DNA from: Sedimentisphaerales bacterium
Lineage (GTDB): Bacteria; Planctomycetota; Phycisphaerae; Sedimentisphaerales; Anaerobacaceae
Assembly: GCA_963708075.1 (NCBI GenBank)
Contig: OY970194.1
Location: 4,736,001-4,800,000 of the forward strand
Reading direction: 5' to 3'
DNA length: 64,000 bases
The notes beneath the pieces were generated by a model. The model saw only the letters and a list, made by a program, of their open reading frames with translations. It was not told the origin of the DNA and searched no databases. The stretch's first letter is position 1. Each line of letters starts with the position of its first letter. A program made the position numbers and the translations under genes. Below, piece by piece: positions 10,361 to 22,041 of the stretch.

Positions 10361-10849
10361 ATGAGATTGTGCTGGACCCTGGTGGTCTGTTTGCTCTGCA
10401 GTATGCTGCTCGGCTGTGAGAAAAGCGTGACCGAGCCGGACAAGAATATCGACGCCGAACTGGTCAAGACCCTGAACAACATCGCCGTGGAGAATGCGAT
10501 CATCACGCAGCATACGATATACCCCTACCACTTTGTCACCGATGGCGACCAATTGAACGAGCTGGGACAGCGTGACCTGGCCGTGTTGGCCGGACATTTC
10601 GCCGAGAACGCGGGGACTCTGAACGTCCGGAGAGGCCAGACGCCGGCCGCCCTTTACGAGGCCCGCGTCGCCCACGTGACCGAGAGTCTCAAGCAGGCCG
10701 GGGTTGATACGGCGCGTCTGAGCGTCTCCGATGAAATGCCCGGCGGGACCGGCATCTCTTCAGAGCGGGTGGTCACCATTCTCAGACAGCCCCCTCAGGG
10801 TCTCACGATCACCACGCCCAGCCGGTCGACGGGGACATCTCGACGATGA
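10361..10849 (+). CDS. Tad-associated lipoprotein (CpaD-like position)
   Basis: AAGGAG RBS; signal peptide with LLGC lipobox; lies between tadC and the TPR gene. Confidence 0.7.
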   Translation: MRLCWTLVVCLLCSMLLGCEKSVTEPDKNIDAELVKTLNNIAVENAIITQHTIYPYHFVTDGDQLNELGQRDLAVLAGHFAENAGTLNVRRGQTPAALYEARVAHVTESLKQAGVDTARLSVSDEMPGGTGISSERVVTILRQPPQGLTITTPSRSTGTSRR

Positions 10850-11532
10850 CAGGACAACATCATTCGCCTCTTCTGCATTGGTTATGCGCCCTTGCCGGCG
10901 CTGCGTGCATGGGCATGCTTCTGAGCGGCTGTTCGTCGCCGAAGCGGGCCGACTTCAAGGAAGGGAACCGGTTCGGCCAGTCATCGGAGGCCTTCGAGGC
11001 CCAGCGGGACCTGCCGCCGAGCACCACGACGCTGTACACGATGGCGGATGCTCTCGCCGCCCAGGGCAAGGACCGTGACGCCGAATTCACGCTCAAGAGG
11101 TGTATCCAGCAGGAACCGAAATTCACACCGGCTCACAACAAGCTGGCGGAGCTGCTGATGCGGCAAGGCCGGGTCCACGAGGCTACCAGCGTGCTGTCCC
11201 AGGCGCTGCGCATCAATAGCGCCGACCCGATCCTGTTGAACAACCTGGGCATGTGCTGGCTCGTGCAACGGGATTATGACCGGGCCATGGAATGCTTCAT
11301 CAAAGCGGCCGGCCGGGTCCCTGAGAGTGCGAAGTTTCGCGCCAATCTGGCCACGGCGCTGGCACTGCTAGGCCGCTATGAGGAGTCAGGAGCCCTGCTC
11401 CAACAGGTCCTGCCCGACGAGCAAGCGAAGCACAATGCGGAGGTCTTGCGCAAAGCCCATGAAAAGACAATGGGCAGAAGACCGACCAGCATCCAGGATC
11501 GATGGCCCCACGCAGCTCTTCTGCCGGGGTAA
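10846..11532 (+). CDS. tadD: TPR lipoprotein, TadD-like
   Basis: LSGC lipobox; TPR repeats (AHNKLAELL, LLNNLGMC, FRANLATAL). Confidence 0.8.
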   Translation: MTGQHHSPLLHWLCALAGAACMGMLLSGCSSPKRADFKEGNRFGQSSEAFEAQRDLPPSTTTLYTMADALAAQGKDRDAEFTLKRCIQQEPKFTPAHNKLAELLMRQGRVHEATSVLSQALRINSADPILLNNLGMCWLVQRDYDRAMECFIKAAGRVPESAKFRANLATALALLGRYEESGALLQQVLPDEQAKHNAEVLRKAHEKTMGRRPTSIQDRWPHAALLPG

Positions 11533-11657
11533 ATCGAAGGAGTCATCCAGGCAATCTCATTCCTGCTGTGCGGTGTGCTCGTTCAGACCCGGGGCCACAC
11601 AATGCTGGGTATCTGAGCCCATACGCCCTGAGCGAAGGACAGGCAAAGGAGTCGCCT

Positions 11658-12422
11658 ATGTCGAGAGCATCTTGGAAGATGCCGGCTGGCAAGGAGTCGC
11701 GGTGGGAGGTGGGAGATATGGCAATCCTGCCGGAGATGTTGGCACATGGCCGCATGAGACAGCGGATCGTGGCCATCAGCCGCACTCGGGCAAGTCGCAG
11801 GCGCATTGCCAGGGACAAATACCTCCGCAGCCTCGTGCACAGCGGTGCAATCACGTCAAACGATCTGGACAGCGCCATCGACGCTTGCGGCAACGCCCTT
11901 TCGGAATTCACATGGTTGACTAAGGTGGATGATGCGGTGCTCGGGCGGGCCGACCGTGTGTTCCTGGTCAGAAACGGCCGATTCCCTGTGGACAATAGCG
12001 ATTTCCGGCTGAATGGAGATTATTACAGGATCTGCCGCAGCCTTCAGTTCGATCCGCATTATTACGATTCGCAGTTGGAGCAGTTGCCGCAGGCCCTGGA
12101 GGCCCAGCGAACGGCCTCCCAGGTGGGCGATCCCGATCTTTGCATTCGCCCCGGTACTCCTGAGGCGGCCTTCACCTCACTATCGACCCTTGACGCGGCC
12201 CACATGAAGCCGTCGGCGACTGCACGCGTGGCCGTAAAGCGTGGGAACGCTTGGGCGTTTGTCGGGGTTCTGGCCATTGGCCTTGTAACCGCTCCGATTC
12301 TCGTAACGATCCTCCTGCGGTACTTCCCGCAAGGTACGATGACTGCGGCCCTGTCGATTGGCGGCGCCTGGCTCGCTCTGCTGGTGGGCGCTCTGGCCCT
12401 GACCCTGCCGCGACGAGGGTGA
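11658..12422 (+). CDS. Hypothetical protein with two C-terminal TM helices
   Basis: Long ORF with RBS-preceded starts at 11658 and 11718; hydrophobic C-terminus. Confidence 0.55.
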   Translation: MSRASWKMPAGKESRWEVGDMAILPEMLAHGRMRQRIVAISRTRASRRRIARDKYLRSLVHSGAITSNDLDSAIDACGNALSEFTWLTKVDDAVLGRADRVFLVRNGRFPVDNSDFRLNGDYYRICRSLQFDPHYYDSQLEQLPQALEAQRTASQVGDPDLCIRPGTPEAAFTSLSTLDAAHMKPSATARVAVKRGNAWAFVGVLAIGLVTAPILVTILLRYFPQGTMTAALSIGGAWLALLVGALALTLPRRG

Positions 12423-12424
12423 GC

Positions 12425-12976
12425 CTACCTGCCGGCGGCCGAGAAGCTGGCTTCGATCTCCGCGTACATGTCCCATTCGGCCGGCATCCAGGAAGCGATC
12501 GTGCCGCGGCCGGTGATTCCCCTGAAGCGGCCGGTGCCCGCCACGAATGTGATCGTGCCGGTCTGCTTGCCGTGCTGGTCGCCCGACACGTCCACTTTGG
12601 CCAGGATGCTCGAACCGTCAGGGAAATCGTACATGGCGAATCCCTGGTAGAACGCCTTGCCTTCCGGGGAATTCGTATGGACCATTGAACTCGACAGTTG
12701 TGCGAATCCTCCGTCGCCGAGAACAATGTACCCAGCGCGATCGATCGCATGGAGCCCGGCCATCTTGCCGCCGAGCTGGCTGGTCCGCTTACTGGATGAG
12801 AACTCGCGCCAGCGAGTGACCTCCATGGCCGTTTGTGCGGGGCTGAAGCGGGTCGTAAAACTCAAGGCCACCAGGATGCCCGCGCCCATGAGCATGCCAA
12901 GGCGTTTCGCGCCGGCCGCGTGATATTGACCGCTGCTATTCATGCCGGCATTCGTTCTATCATCGCTTGCCATCAT
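12425..12976 (-). CDS. Hypothetical exported beta-rich protein
   Basis: GGAG RBS; hydrophobic leader; GTITFVAGTGRFRGITGRGT motif typical of small dirigent/AOC-like beta-barrels. Confidence 0.6.
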   Translation of the reverse strand: MMASDDRTNAGMNSSGQYHAAGAKRLGMLMGAGILVALSFTTRFSPAQTAMEVTRWREFSSSKRTSQLGGKMAGLHAIDRAGYIVLGDGGFAQLSSSMVHTNSPEGKAFYQGFAMYDFPDGSSILAKVDVSGDQHGKQTGTITFVAGTGRFRGITGRGTIASWMPAEWDMYAEIEASFSAAGR

Positions 12977-13148
12977 AGCCTGTCATCTCCACGCAACAGC
13001 CCTCTCGGCCCGATCCCTGCGAGTGCAGACGAAGTTCCGGCCGCGACGATTTATCGGCAATTCACCGTCCCGGCATAACTACAACCTCTGCGCAGGGACA
13101 TCTTGGTCCGAGAATACAGGCTTGCGCGGGAACAGGCAGGATGCTTGT

Positions 13149-13439
13149 TCACTTCGGCTCAAAGGTCAGGCAATCCGGCTCGCCCTGCTGGTATCCAATC
13201 AGGATGCTGTCGGCGATACATTCGAGATTCTCATTGTATTCGCAGACGCTTACCTTGCAGGCGCCGACATTGCCCGTAGCCGCTCGATCACCGCATTGAC
13301 CGGGTGCCTGCCCCGCGTAGGTATCACATATCGGATGTGTGGCGGCATCGCCTACCTGAATCGCAAGAGCATGGCATTGCTCGTCCATGTTGTAGCAGCA
13401 ATCCGTGACCTGACAACCTTTTACCGGCGGCATTTCCAT
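13149..13439 (-). CDS. DUF1540 domain protein (two Cys-rich repeats)
   Basis: CQVTDCCYN..CHA..I.VG...CDTY and CKVSVCEYN..C.A..I.IG...CLTF; AAAGGGA RBS. Confidence 0.8.
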   Translation of the reverse strand: MEMPPVKGCQVTDCCYNMDEQCHALAIQVGDAATHPICDTYAGQAPGQCGDRAATGNVGACKVSVCEYNENLECIADSILIGYQQGEPDCLTFEPK

Positions 13440-14210
13440 AGTCGTCCCTTTCCTTTGCCTGTAGCCATGATGCAGGTCCACTCACATCCTGCCAACATAG
13501 CAGTCCATCCGCTAGGACCGTGTAGGGAACTGCCCCAATATGCTTTGATGGATTGCCTAATCGGGGTACATCGGGGGAAGACCGGTTCGGAAGGCTCGCT
13601 CGTGGGACTCACGCGGCCGCTGCCGGGGTGTGCCGTCGCGGGGAAGAAAATCGGTCGGCGTCGTGGAAGTGTTCAGCAGGACCTGTTTCTTGGCCGTTGG
13701 ACTCCTGGTGGCTAGTGTGCCCGTGGTGCGCGTGGTGCGCGTGTTCGCCATGGGGCATGAAGAAATGAAGGTGGCCAGTGGTGAAACGTATCGAGCCAAA
13801 CGCCACGACGCCGACACCGATTATTGCGCTTCCTTCGTTCGTTGAAAGGCCTTTCCGCATGGCCGTTCTTTCATCGTTCCGGATTATGAAACCGGGGGGA
13901 TGCATGTCGATGGCTTCGACAAGCACCGGCCGTTTCTCAACAGTTGTATGGCTTGTGACAGGCAAACTGCTCCACTCCTTTGCTGAGCATTCGGGATACA
14001 GGATCATCTTTGACGATCCGAACCCTTCACATCCATGCCACGCTGTTCAGAAGACCGCAAATCCGCAGGCACAGCAATAAGCCAATTCCTTAATTCGATA
14101 TGCTCCGAATGCTTAAAAATGAGCGCAACTTGAACTTGTGATGGATGAATTGCGTCCCAAATCAGTCGAAAAGGCAGACTTTCCGGACATGGACGGACCT
14201 GTCGAACACC

Positions 14211-14792
14211 TCATTGATTTAGCTCACCGGAGGGGCGGTTCCGTTCCGCATCATCACCGCCTGCGGGTTGCCCGTGTGCCCTATACTGCTCCGGCGTCAC
14301 TTCGGGCAGCGATTTCACAAAGGCTGCCAGATTCCAGACCTCGCTCTCGGAATGAGAGGGCCCCGCGGCGGGCATACCCGTCATTTTGATGCCGTTGTTG
14401 ATGATCCAGAAGACCTCCGCCGGCGTCCAGTCATTGGCCGTGCTGGTCAAATCCGGAGGATAGGGCTGCAGACCCTGCCCCATCCATTCGGACTCCACGC
14501 CCGGGGCTCCATGACAGGGCACGCACATGCGGCTGTAGTGGTCCTGGCCGGCTTGGACGTCCAGGTTGTTGTAGTCAGCCGGGACGATCACATCGCGGGC
14601 ATGCACCTTCACCGAGTTTTCCATGGTGGTATTGAGCGCCCAGGCAACGACAGGCCAGTCCGGCGTTGTCGCCGCCACACTGATCGCACCTGAAAACATG
14701 ATCGCAACACCGAGGATGACGGCAATACAGGCGATCACGAGCACGGTCACAATGATAGTGAGAATGGTCCTACTACCTCTGCTTCGCTTCAT
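14211..14792 (-). CDS. Membrane-anchored monohaem cytochrome c
   Basis: CVPCH haem motif, PPDL, FWIINNGIKMTGMPA; N-terminal TM segment. Confidence 0.88.
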   Translation of the reverse strand: MKRSRGSRTILTIIVTVLVIACIAVILGVAIMFSGAISVAATTPDWPVVAWALNTTMENSVKVHARDVIVPADYNNLDVQAGQDHYSRMCVPCHGAPGVESEWMGQGLQPYPPDLTSTANDWTPAEVFWIINNGIKMTGMPAAGPSHSESEVWNLAAFVKSLPEVTPEQYRAHGQPAGGDDAERNRPSGELNQ

Positions 14793-14946
14793 AGTCGCCG
14801 CCCTTTCATTTCAGCGGAAGCATCGGCTCTCCCGCTGATCATACAACGTCAGCATAGCAGGGACGGCAGATTTCCTGGATAAGGGAATGTCCCAAATTGG
14901 CTCAACAGACTCCTGATGTCGGCATGAACGACCGGCTGCTGGTGAC

Positions 14947-16449
14947 TCACAGTTGCTCGTGCAGGTGCTTCAAAGTGGGATATAACCGGGTGTAGGTTTC
15001 GAATCGCTTCTCATAGGTTGCGGCGCTCTGCTCGTCGGGGGTGATCCGGCGACTCGAATGAACGGTCCGGCTGACTGCTGTCTCTATGTCGGGGTAAATG
15101 CCACAGGCCACCCCGGCAAGCAGCGCGGCACCAAGGCAGGCCGCCTCGGTTACCTGAGGCACGCGAAGCGGGATCCGACAGATATCGGCCTTGAGCTGCA
15201 TCCACAGCGGGCTGCGAGCACCGCCGCCGACGGCACGTAACTCATGGATGGAAATGCCCGACTGACGCAGCAAATCGAGGTTGATCCTCAACTCAAAGAC
15301 AAGGCCCTCCAGGATTGCCTTGGCCAGCGAGGCCCGGTCGGTGGCAAAGGTCAGGCCGAGGATCGCCCCTTTCGAAGAGGTGTCGAGCGTGGGCGTTCCG
15401 CTTCCGGAGAAGTGAGGCAGGACCATGAGGCTGGTCGGCCCACTCGGGGCACCTGCCAGTATGAGGTCGTAGGCGTCCTTGCCGGCCTGGCGGGCCTGCT
15501 CGAGTTCCGACTTACAGCAGGTGTCGCGGAACCAGCGAAGGAGCAGGCCGCCGCTGTGGTTGAGCGTCATGGCCAGATACAGGCCGGGGACGACGTGCCG
15601 GTACACGGAGATGCCGCCGTCACGCAATCTGTCCGCCAGGATGGGACGTCGCATGGCGACTTCCACGACCTCGGCCGTGCCCGTGGACACCATGGCCAAG
15701 CCTTCGGAAATGATCCCGCTGCCCAATGCCGCACAAGCCTGATCGTGCCCGCCGGCAGCCAGAGGCAATTCCTCTTTCAAGCCAAGCTCAGCCGCCAAGT
15801 CCCTGCGGAGAACGCCGATCGTGCCTTGTTCCGCCAACCGGGCCAACCGGCCAGGATCGATCCGGCATTTATCAAGGATATCGCTCGCCCAGGCGCCGGC
15901 GGCCAAATCGTACATCTGCGTCCGCGAGGCCAGGCAATGGCTGATCGTCGCCTGCCCGCTGAGTCGGCGGAGAAAGAAATCCTCATACAGCAGGAATTGG
16001 TGCGCCCGGCTCCAAAGCTGCGGCTCATGCTTCTGGAGCCAGAGGAGCTTAGGCAGCGTGTTGATCGTATGGACGGGCATGCCGGTATGCGCGAAGAGCA
16101 TGTCCGCCCCGAATTGCTCCGTGAGCCACCTGTTCTCATCGCCGGTGCGGGTGTCCATGCCGAGGATGGCATGGCGAAGCGCATGGCCGGCATGGTCAAC
16201 GGGGATCACCGCCTCACCCTGTACGGATAGCGCCATCGCCCGTGGCGGCTGGCCGGGATTCTTGGAGACGGCCTCCTTCAGGGCCCCCCAGGCAAGATTC
16301 CACACATGCTCGGCATCCTGCTCCGCCCAGTTCGGCCGGGGTGTCAGGATGGGGTACTCCCTGGCTGCCTGAGATAGAATCCGACCCTCCTCGTCGAAGA
16401 GGATGGCCTTGCAGCCCGTGGTCCCTATGTCCAAGCCGATCAGTGACAT
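14947..16449 (-). CDS. FGGY-family carbohydrate kinase (xylulokinase-like)
   Basis: [34 protein letters not shown]. Confidence 0.92.
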   Translation of the reverse strand: MSLIGLDIGTTGCKAILFDEEGRILSQAAREYPILTPRPNWAEQDAEHVWNLAWGALKEAVSKNPGQPPRAMALSVQGEAVIPVDHAGHALRHAILGMDTRTGDENRWLTEQFGADMLFAHTGMPVHTINTLPKLLWLQKHEPQLWSRAHQFLLYEDFFLRRLSGQATISHCLASRTQMYDLAAGAWASDILDKCRIDPGRLARLAEQGTIGVLRRDLAAELGLKEELPLAAGGHDQACAALGSGIISEGLAMVSTGTAEVVEVAMRRPILADRLRDGGISVYRHVVPGLYLAMTLNHSGGLLLRWFRDTCCKSELEQARQAGKDAYDLILAGAPSGPTSLMVLPHFSGSGTPTLDTSSKGAILGLTFATDRASLAKAILEGLVFELRINLDLLRQSGISIHELRAVGGGARSPLWMQLKADICRIPLRVPQVTEAACLGAALLAGVACGIYPDIETAVSRTVHSSRRITPDEQSAATYEKRFETYTRLYPTLKHLHEQL

Positions 16450-16460
16450 GCGTTCTTCAG

Positions 16461-17885
16461 TTACCAGTAGGTCTCATGGTGGTACACGTCAAATCCGAAG
16501 TAGGTCTCGAAGGCCTCCGCGAGAATGGCGGCGGTGTGACCCTTGCCGACCGCGACGTGATGCTCGAAACCATTCTTGCAGACGTAGCGCATGAGCGTCT
16601 GCAGGTCCGGGATCTCCGCCACGGCCCGGCTGCCGAACGTCCTGAGAGGATCGTCCGTGAACATGCCGTCACCGACGTAAGCCAGGATGTCGCCGCTCAC
16701 GTCGTCGGTCGATATCCGCGCGAAGGTGAACGGCCCCCTCGGGACCCGCCCGGTGACGGCGCCGCAGGTGTTCTCCTGGCCGAGGGTCGTGCCGAGAATC
16801 TCCGCCGCGGTCATCTTGAAATCGTCGGTCCGGAAGAAGCTCTTGGCCCAGTTGCCGCAGTGGAACAGCACGCACTTGTCCGGATCGTCGGCATAGTTGT
16901 TGTTCCAATCCACCAGGGCGCTGGGCGTGCCGCTGGCCAACTGCAGGGCATACATCGAAGCGACGCCGGTGATATCGACTTCGCAGGCGCTGGGCATCAG
17001 CCGCTCGCTCATCATACTCATCAGCGTGCACGCGTTGACGCCGTAATTCTGCTGAATAGAGGTCCAGCATTGAACCGCTGTTGCTTGGAGGTCGTTCGCG
17101 GCCATCCAGTCGTCGACGACGATGGCGAGTTTTGCCATCTTCGTGAGGGCCTCATGCGGGATGCCCTCCGTCTTGACGTAGCCTCGGATCAGCGTCACGC
17201 GCTGCTTGACCTTCGAGTCATTGTCGGCGAGCTTGTTGGCCGCGCCGAAAAGCTCGGACAGGTCGATCGTGCTGACGCTGATCCCGCACGACTGCAGCAG
17301 CTTCTCGCTGTAGCGGACGGTATTGAACGCGTTCGGCCGGGCGCCGATCGCGCCCAGTCGCGCGCGGCGCAGCCCCTTGACCACCCGGCAGACGCCGACG
17401 AACCGCTGCAGGTCCGTCCGGAATTGGTCGCTATCCGGATGAATCGTGTGGTCCGTCGTCAGCGAGAACGGATAGCCGTACTGCCGCAGGTTGTTGCAGA
17501 CGGAGATCTTGCCACACCAGGAATCCCGCCGACGCTCCACGGTGAAGCTGTCCAGGTCGTCGGGATAGGCCTGCACGAGAACAGGGACATTCAGGCCCGA
17601 CAGCTTGACCGTCTCGGCGATGCCCTTCTCGTCCCCGAAGTTGGGCAACGTCACGAGGACGCCGTCGATCCTGTCGGCGTGGGCTTTGAACAGCTCCGCA
17701 CACTTCTTCGCGTCCTGCCAGGTCTCAACGCCGCCAAGGTTCGTATCCTTTTCGCCGAGGATGACCGGCTCGATGTTCATCTCCTTGAGAAGGGCGAGGA
17801 TATCCTGCCGGCCCTCGGTAACGAGCCGATCCGGGAAGAAGTCCCGATTGCCAACGATCACTGCCAGTACTGTCTGTGACATCAT
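16461..17885 (-). CDS. L-fucose/L-arabinose isomerase family protein
   Basis: [33 protein letters not shown] motifs; AAGGAGG RBS. Confidence 0.88.
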   Translation of the reverse strand: MMSQTVLAVIVGNRDFFPDRLVTEGRQDILALLKEMNIEPVILGEKDTNLGGVETWQDAKKCAELFKAHADRIDGVLVTLPNFGDEKGIAETVKLSGLNVPVLVQAYPDDLDSFTVERRRDSWCGKISVCNNLRQYGYPFSLTTDHTIHPDSDQFRTDLQRFVGVCRVVKGLRRARLGAIGARPNAFNTVRYSEKLLQSCGISVSTIDLSELFGAANKLADNDSKVKQRVTLIRGYVKTEGIPHEALTKMAKLAIVVDDWMAANDLQATAVQCWTSIQQNYGVNACTLMSMMSERLMPSACEVDITGVASMYALQLASGTPSALVDWNNNYADDPDKCVLFHCGNWAKSFFRTDDFKMTAAEILGTTLGQENTCGAVTGRVPRGPFTFARISTDDVSGDILAYVGDGMFTDDPLRTFGSRAVAEIPDLQTLMRYVCKNGFEHHVAVGKGHTAAILAEAFETYFGFDVYHHETYW

Positions 17886-17945
17886 GTACCTCCTTTGACG
17901 AACGTCCTGCACTTCACCCTTACAGGGCAGCCAGGCGACAATCTA

Positions 17946-19295
17946 CTACTCGATGGCCATCGCGTCCAGTGACGCGGCCAATGCGTTTTCATTGACACGG
18001 CCGGCCATCCAGGCATCCTGCAAGCGGCGCAGGCTCAGGATCGTGGACGGCTCATGAAGCTCGACGTGCCCGTACGTGATGGGCTGGTCCTGCTCCACCG
18101 CCTTGATCATCCGTGCCCCCTTGGCCAGTCCGACCGGCAGCAAGTCCTCGCGCTGCGCGACGTCATACGTGTCGATCAGGCTGTAGAAGGTGGAGCCGCC
18201 GATGCCGTCCAGGGTGTCACCGGGCCTGAGCGGGCACTTGGCCACGGCGAAGACCTCCGACACCAGCCGATCCAGTGGAGCCATGTTCGACTTCTTGCGA
18301 ATGACCAGCATGGCGCACGTCAGCGGCACCTCAATGCTGCACAGGTGGTATGGGCGAAAGAGCGTGTAGTAAGGCCCGTTGCCCATGTCGCGGTAGACCA
18401 GGGCCTGCCGAAGCCTCGGATGGTCGGTGGTGACAACCAGAAAGACACCGGGGTGAATGCCGCCGATGCCATAATCGACGACTCCGGCCCGGTTCAGTAC
18501 GCCGCCATGCTCTTTGAGGGCGAAGACTTCATTCAGCTTGTCGCGCGTGGTCTTCGGGCCGTGCATGCCTCGCACGTCAGGAACCAGCCCCGTGGCGTTG
18601 GAGACCGCTGCCATCTCGATCATCGTCTTGCTGCCATCGACGAACTCGATCAGCATATTCGGATTGAGCCCGCGCCGCTGGGCTTCCTTCGCCCATTTCT
18701 CATCCATCGGCGTGGCATGCCGGTCGAGCGGGTTGTTCTTGCCCTTGCCCGCCGCCACGATGGTAAAGCCGAGCGAGTCGGCAAAATCGTACAGTTCTTT
18801 ACACGCCGCGGGCTCGTCGCCGGCCGCCAGAGCGTAAAGTACGCCCTTTCTCTCGGCATACCACCGAAGCAGCGGCCCGACCGTGACGTCGGTCTCCACG
18901 TTCATCATCGCCAACTGCTGCCCGCTCCGCGATGAACGCAGCGCTGCCCGGGCCCCGACCTCCGGAACGCCTGTGGCTTCCAGCATCACGTCCACCTGCT
19001 TCATGTCCGTGACGATGCGATAATCGCTGGTGAATACCCGCTTTCGCTGTGACACCGCCTTGTCCGCCTCGGCTACCGAACGGGCCTCCACCACGTCGCC
19101 TTCGAGCATCGCGATCTTATACGCTTCCTGTGCTCGCTTCTTATCGATATCGGCAATGATGGCGATATCGATGCCTTTCATCATTTTGATCTGGGCAACG
19201 ACATCGACGCCCATCTGCCCGGCCCCGATCATGCCAATCCGCACGGGATTTCCCGCCGCATGCCGTGCCGCCAATTCCTCGTTCAAACCAATCAC
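17946..19295 (-). CDS. NAD(P)-dependent oxidoreductase, homoserine dehydrogenase-like with C-terminal SAF domain (COG4091-type)
   Basis: GAGQMG, NVETDVTVG, GDEP, GKGKNNP, FVDGSKTMIEM, RPYHL, LDGIGG. Confidence 0.88.
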   Translation of the reverse strand: MIGLNEELAARHAAGNPVRIGMIGAGQMGVDVVAQIKMMKGIDIAIIADIDKKRAQEAYKIAMLEGDVVEARSVAEADKAVSQRKRVFTSDYRIVTDMKQVDVMLEATGVPEVGARAALRSSRSGQQLAMMNVETDVTVGPLLRWYAERKGVLYALAAGDEPAACKELYDFADSLGFTIVAAGKGKNNPLDRHATPMDEKWAKEAQRRGLNPNMLIEFVDGSKTMIEMAAVSNATGLVPDVRGMHGPKTTRDKLNEVFALKEHGGVLNRAGVVDYGIGGIHPGVFLVVTTDHPRLRQALVYRDMGNGPYYTLFRPYHLCSIEVPLTCAMLVIRKKSNMAPLDRLVSEVFAVAKCPLRPGDTLDGIGGSTFYSLIDTYDVAQREDLLPVGLAKGARMIKAVEQDQPITYGHVELHEPSTILSLRRLQDAWMAGRVNENALAASLDAMAIE

Positions 19296-19310
19296 AGTGT
19301 CTACATCCTC

Positions 19311-20349
19311 CTATGTTGTGACGACCACTTTGAGGGCCTCGCCCGCCGCGGCCGCCTCGAATGCTCTATCGATTTTGTCTAAGTGAAACCTATGGGTCAC
19401 CAACAAATCCGCCGGGATTACCTTGCGATGAATCAGATCCAGTGCCAGCTCGTGCATCGTCGGATGATACGAGAACGCGCCGAAGACCTCGATTTCGCCG
19501 TAGTGAATCCGGTTGCTGTCGAGGGTCACCATGGGGTTGGCCTTGGGCAGACCGCCGAACAGAACGACCTTGCCGCGTTTACGCACGATTTCCACCGCCT
19601 GGGTCTGGGTTTGCGCGACGGGGTTGGCACAGATCACGATGTCCGCTCCGACGCCGCCGGTCATCTCCCGCACGCGTGCCGCCAGGTCCTCGCTGGTTGG
19701 GTCCACGATAGCCTGCGGCGCAAAACGTTCTGCGAGTTTGCGCCGAGTCCCGCTCGGCTCGGAGACGATCACCGAGGCCCCCTGGGACTTGGCGACCACG
19801 ATGTGCAGGCAGCCAATCGGCCCGGCTCCCATGACCACGACCGTGTCCCTCAATCCCGTGCCGGCCCGATGATGACACGCCAGAACCGAGCAGCTCGGCT
19901 CAGCCAAGCTACCCTCGACAAACGACATTCCCTGGGGCATCGGGTGCACGATTCCATTGACCAGCACTTCCTCTGTGAGGACGAGCTTCTCGGCCAGCGC
20001 CGGGCAACTCGGGCGTGACGCCCACGAACCGCAACTCGTTGCAGAGATTGTAGAGTCCCCGCTTGCAGTAGTAACACCGGCCGCAATGGACATCGGGAGC
20101 GATGGCCAGATAATCGCCTGGTGCATATTGGGTGACGCCTTTGCCGGCCTCAAGAACGACGCCGGCCGCCTCATGCCCCGGGACTACGCCCTCGACCCCT
20201 TTGGGCGGACCTTCCTTCCAGCGTCGCAGGTCCGACCCGCAAATTCCGCAGGCCTTCACGTCCAGCACAATGCCACCGGGGGGCGCATGCGGCTCAGACA
20301 CATCCCGCAATTCGATTCTCTTCGGCCCTGTCAGATATGCGGTTCTCAT
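19311..20349 (-). CDS. Zn-dependent polyol/alcohol dehydrogenase (apparent frameshift near 20000)
   Basis: N-terminal part: CGICGSD, GHE, CGRCYYCKRGLYNLC. C-terminal part: LAEP, GAGPIG. Split across two frames. Confidence 0.85.
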
Positions 20350-20362
20350 TCGAAACCTCTCA

Positions 20363-20971
20363 TCATTTGCCCTCGGCTATTTTCTTGCCTACAGCGCCTT
20401 CGGGATGCGTGACGCTGAACTGCTCCTTGGAGTAGCCTCTCAACTCCAGCAGCAGAATGCACAGCACGTCGCACGCGGCCCCGTTCACCAGCGAGCTGCC
20501 GGTGGCGATCATGCCGTAGGGGTCCACATCTTCCGGGGCCTTGATCCTGTAGATCGCGTCACTCATCTTGCCCAGCGGCGAATCCGGGTTCTCCGTGTGA
20601 GCGATGATCCGGGCGCCTTTCTGCTTTGCGATCTCGACGAGGCCGTTGATCTCCCGGCTGTTTCCGCCCTTGGAGATCACGTACAGGATATCGCGATCCG
20701 TGATCGCGCCCGCCCCGCCGTGCAGGCAGTCGGCAGCGTTCAAAGGCAGGGCCGAGGTCCCGCAGCACGACAGCAGGTGCGCGAACCGATGTGCAATCGC
20801 ACGGGACGTGCCGGCGCCGGTCACCAGGACGTGCCCCTTGCAGCCCAGCATCAGCCTGGCAACCTCGACCACCGATTCATCGATCTGCTCACTCAATATG
20901 TTCACGGCGGCCGCCTCCCGTCCAATGACCTCTCGGGCACGTGCCACCAACTTCTTTGCCGATTCTGCCAT
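20363..20971 (-). CDS. SIS-domain sugar-phosphate isomerase (KpsF/GutQ-like, no CBS domains)
   Basis: VTGAGTS, ISKGGNSREI, HPEGAVG. Confidence 0.85.
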   Translation of the reverse strand: MAESAKKLVARAREVIGREAAAVNILSEQIDESVVEVARLMLGCKGHVLVTGAGTSRAIAHRFAHLLSCCGTSALPLNAADCLHGGAGAITDRDILYVISKGGNSREINGLVEIAKQKGARIIAHTENPDSPLGKMSDAIYRIKAPEDVDPYGMIATGSSLVNGAACDVLCILLLELRGYSKEQFSVTHPEGAVGKKIAEGK

Positions 20972-21000
20972 TGCTCTTATCTACCTCCAACCCAACTGCC

Positions 21001-22035
21001 TTACTCTTTATCAAGCATGGGGACTATGCCGGCGTCCCCGGACGATGTCAACTCCTCCACCCGTATGTGGCGCCGGCTGAGTTTGGCAAGCTGCCGGGTC
21101 CGCAGGCTGTCCAACAGAACGGCCACAAAGATGATGGCCGCCGCTACGAGCGGTTGAAGATACAGGTCCACCTGGGCCGAGACAAGGCCGATAGTCACCA
21201 TCTGGATCAGGATGGCTCCGAGGACCGTGCCCGGAAAGACGCTGCCGATGCCGCCGAAAAGGCTCGTGCCGCCCAGGATGGCCGCCGCGATCGCGTCGAA
21301 CTCGCGGTCCTTGCCAAAGCCCGCGTTGACAATGCCCAATTGAGAGACTGAGATGAAACCGCCCAGCGCGGCCAGAAGACCGCAGATGATGAACGCCGTG
21401 GCCCGCACCCGGGCCGTATTGATGCCGGCCTTCTTGGCAGCCGCGAGATCATTGCCCACGGCATAAACCTGGCGGCCCAACGCCGTCCAACGCAACAACA
21501 CGAAAGCACACAGCACCACTAAGGCGAAGATCACGACAGGAAGCGGGACCCCCAGCAATCGCTGCGCGCCGATCCGCGTGATGGTTTCCGGGAATTCGAC
21601 CGGCGTGGACTTCGTGAGCCACAGGCCCAAGCCCCGGCCAATCCAGAGCGTCCCCAGCGTCGCCACGAACGGGATGATTTTCAGTCGCGTGACGACCAGG
21701 GCGTTGACCGCGCCGAACAGCAGCCCTACCGCCAGGCAAATAACGAGGGCCAACGGCGCGGGCAGGCCGTAGTTCCTGATCAACAAGCCGGCGACTATCG
21801 CCGACAGGTACATGTTCGAGCCGATGGACAAGTCGATGCCGGCGGTCAGCAGAACGAAGGTCATCCCGACGGCCGCGATGCCGATGTACGAGGCCTGCTT
21901 CACCACGTTCTCAAAGCTCTGGTAGCTCAGGAACCGCGGGGACAGCAAGCCAAAGAAAAGGAAGATGACGACAAAGAGTATCAGCGGCGTGTGTCGCAGG
22001 AGTATCACAAGCATTGTGTCATGGGTCTTGCGCAT
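21001..22035 (-). CDS. Sugar ABC transporter permease (RbsC-like)
   Basis: GIDLSIG, AVGN, IAAAILGGTSLFGG. Confidence 0.92.
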   Translation of the reverse strand: MRKTHDTMLVILLRHTPLILFVVIFLFFGLLSPRFLSYQSFENVVKQASYIGIAAVGMTFVLLTAGIDLSIGSNMYLSAIVAGLLIRNYGLPAPLALVICLAVGLLFGAVNALVVTRLKIIPFVATLGTLWIGRGLGLWLTKSTPVEFPETITRIGAQRLLGVPLPVVIFALVVLCAFVLLRWTALGRQVYAVGNDLAAAKKAGINTARVRATAFIICGLLAALGGFISVSQLGIVNAGFGKDREFDAIAAAILGGTSLFGGIGSVFPGTVLGAILIQMVTIGLVSAQVDLYLQPLVAAAIIFVAVLLDSLRTRQLAKLSRRHIRVEELTSSGDAGIVPMLDKE

Positions 22036-22041
22036 CTGCGT

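Noticed and set aside
13553..14080. His-rich or other short ORFs and a 9-bp tandem (GTGGTGCGC)
   Set aside because: Several overlapping frames, no clear RBS or family motif; I cannot pick a real gene.
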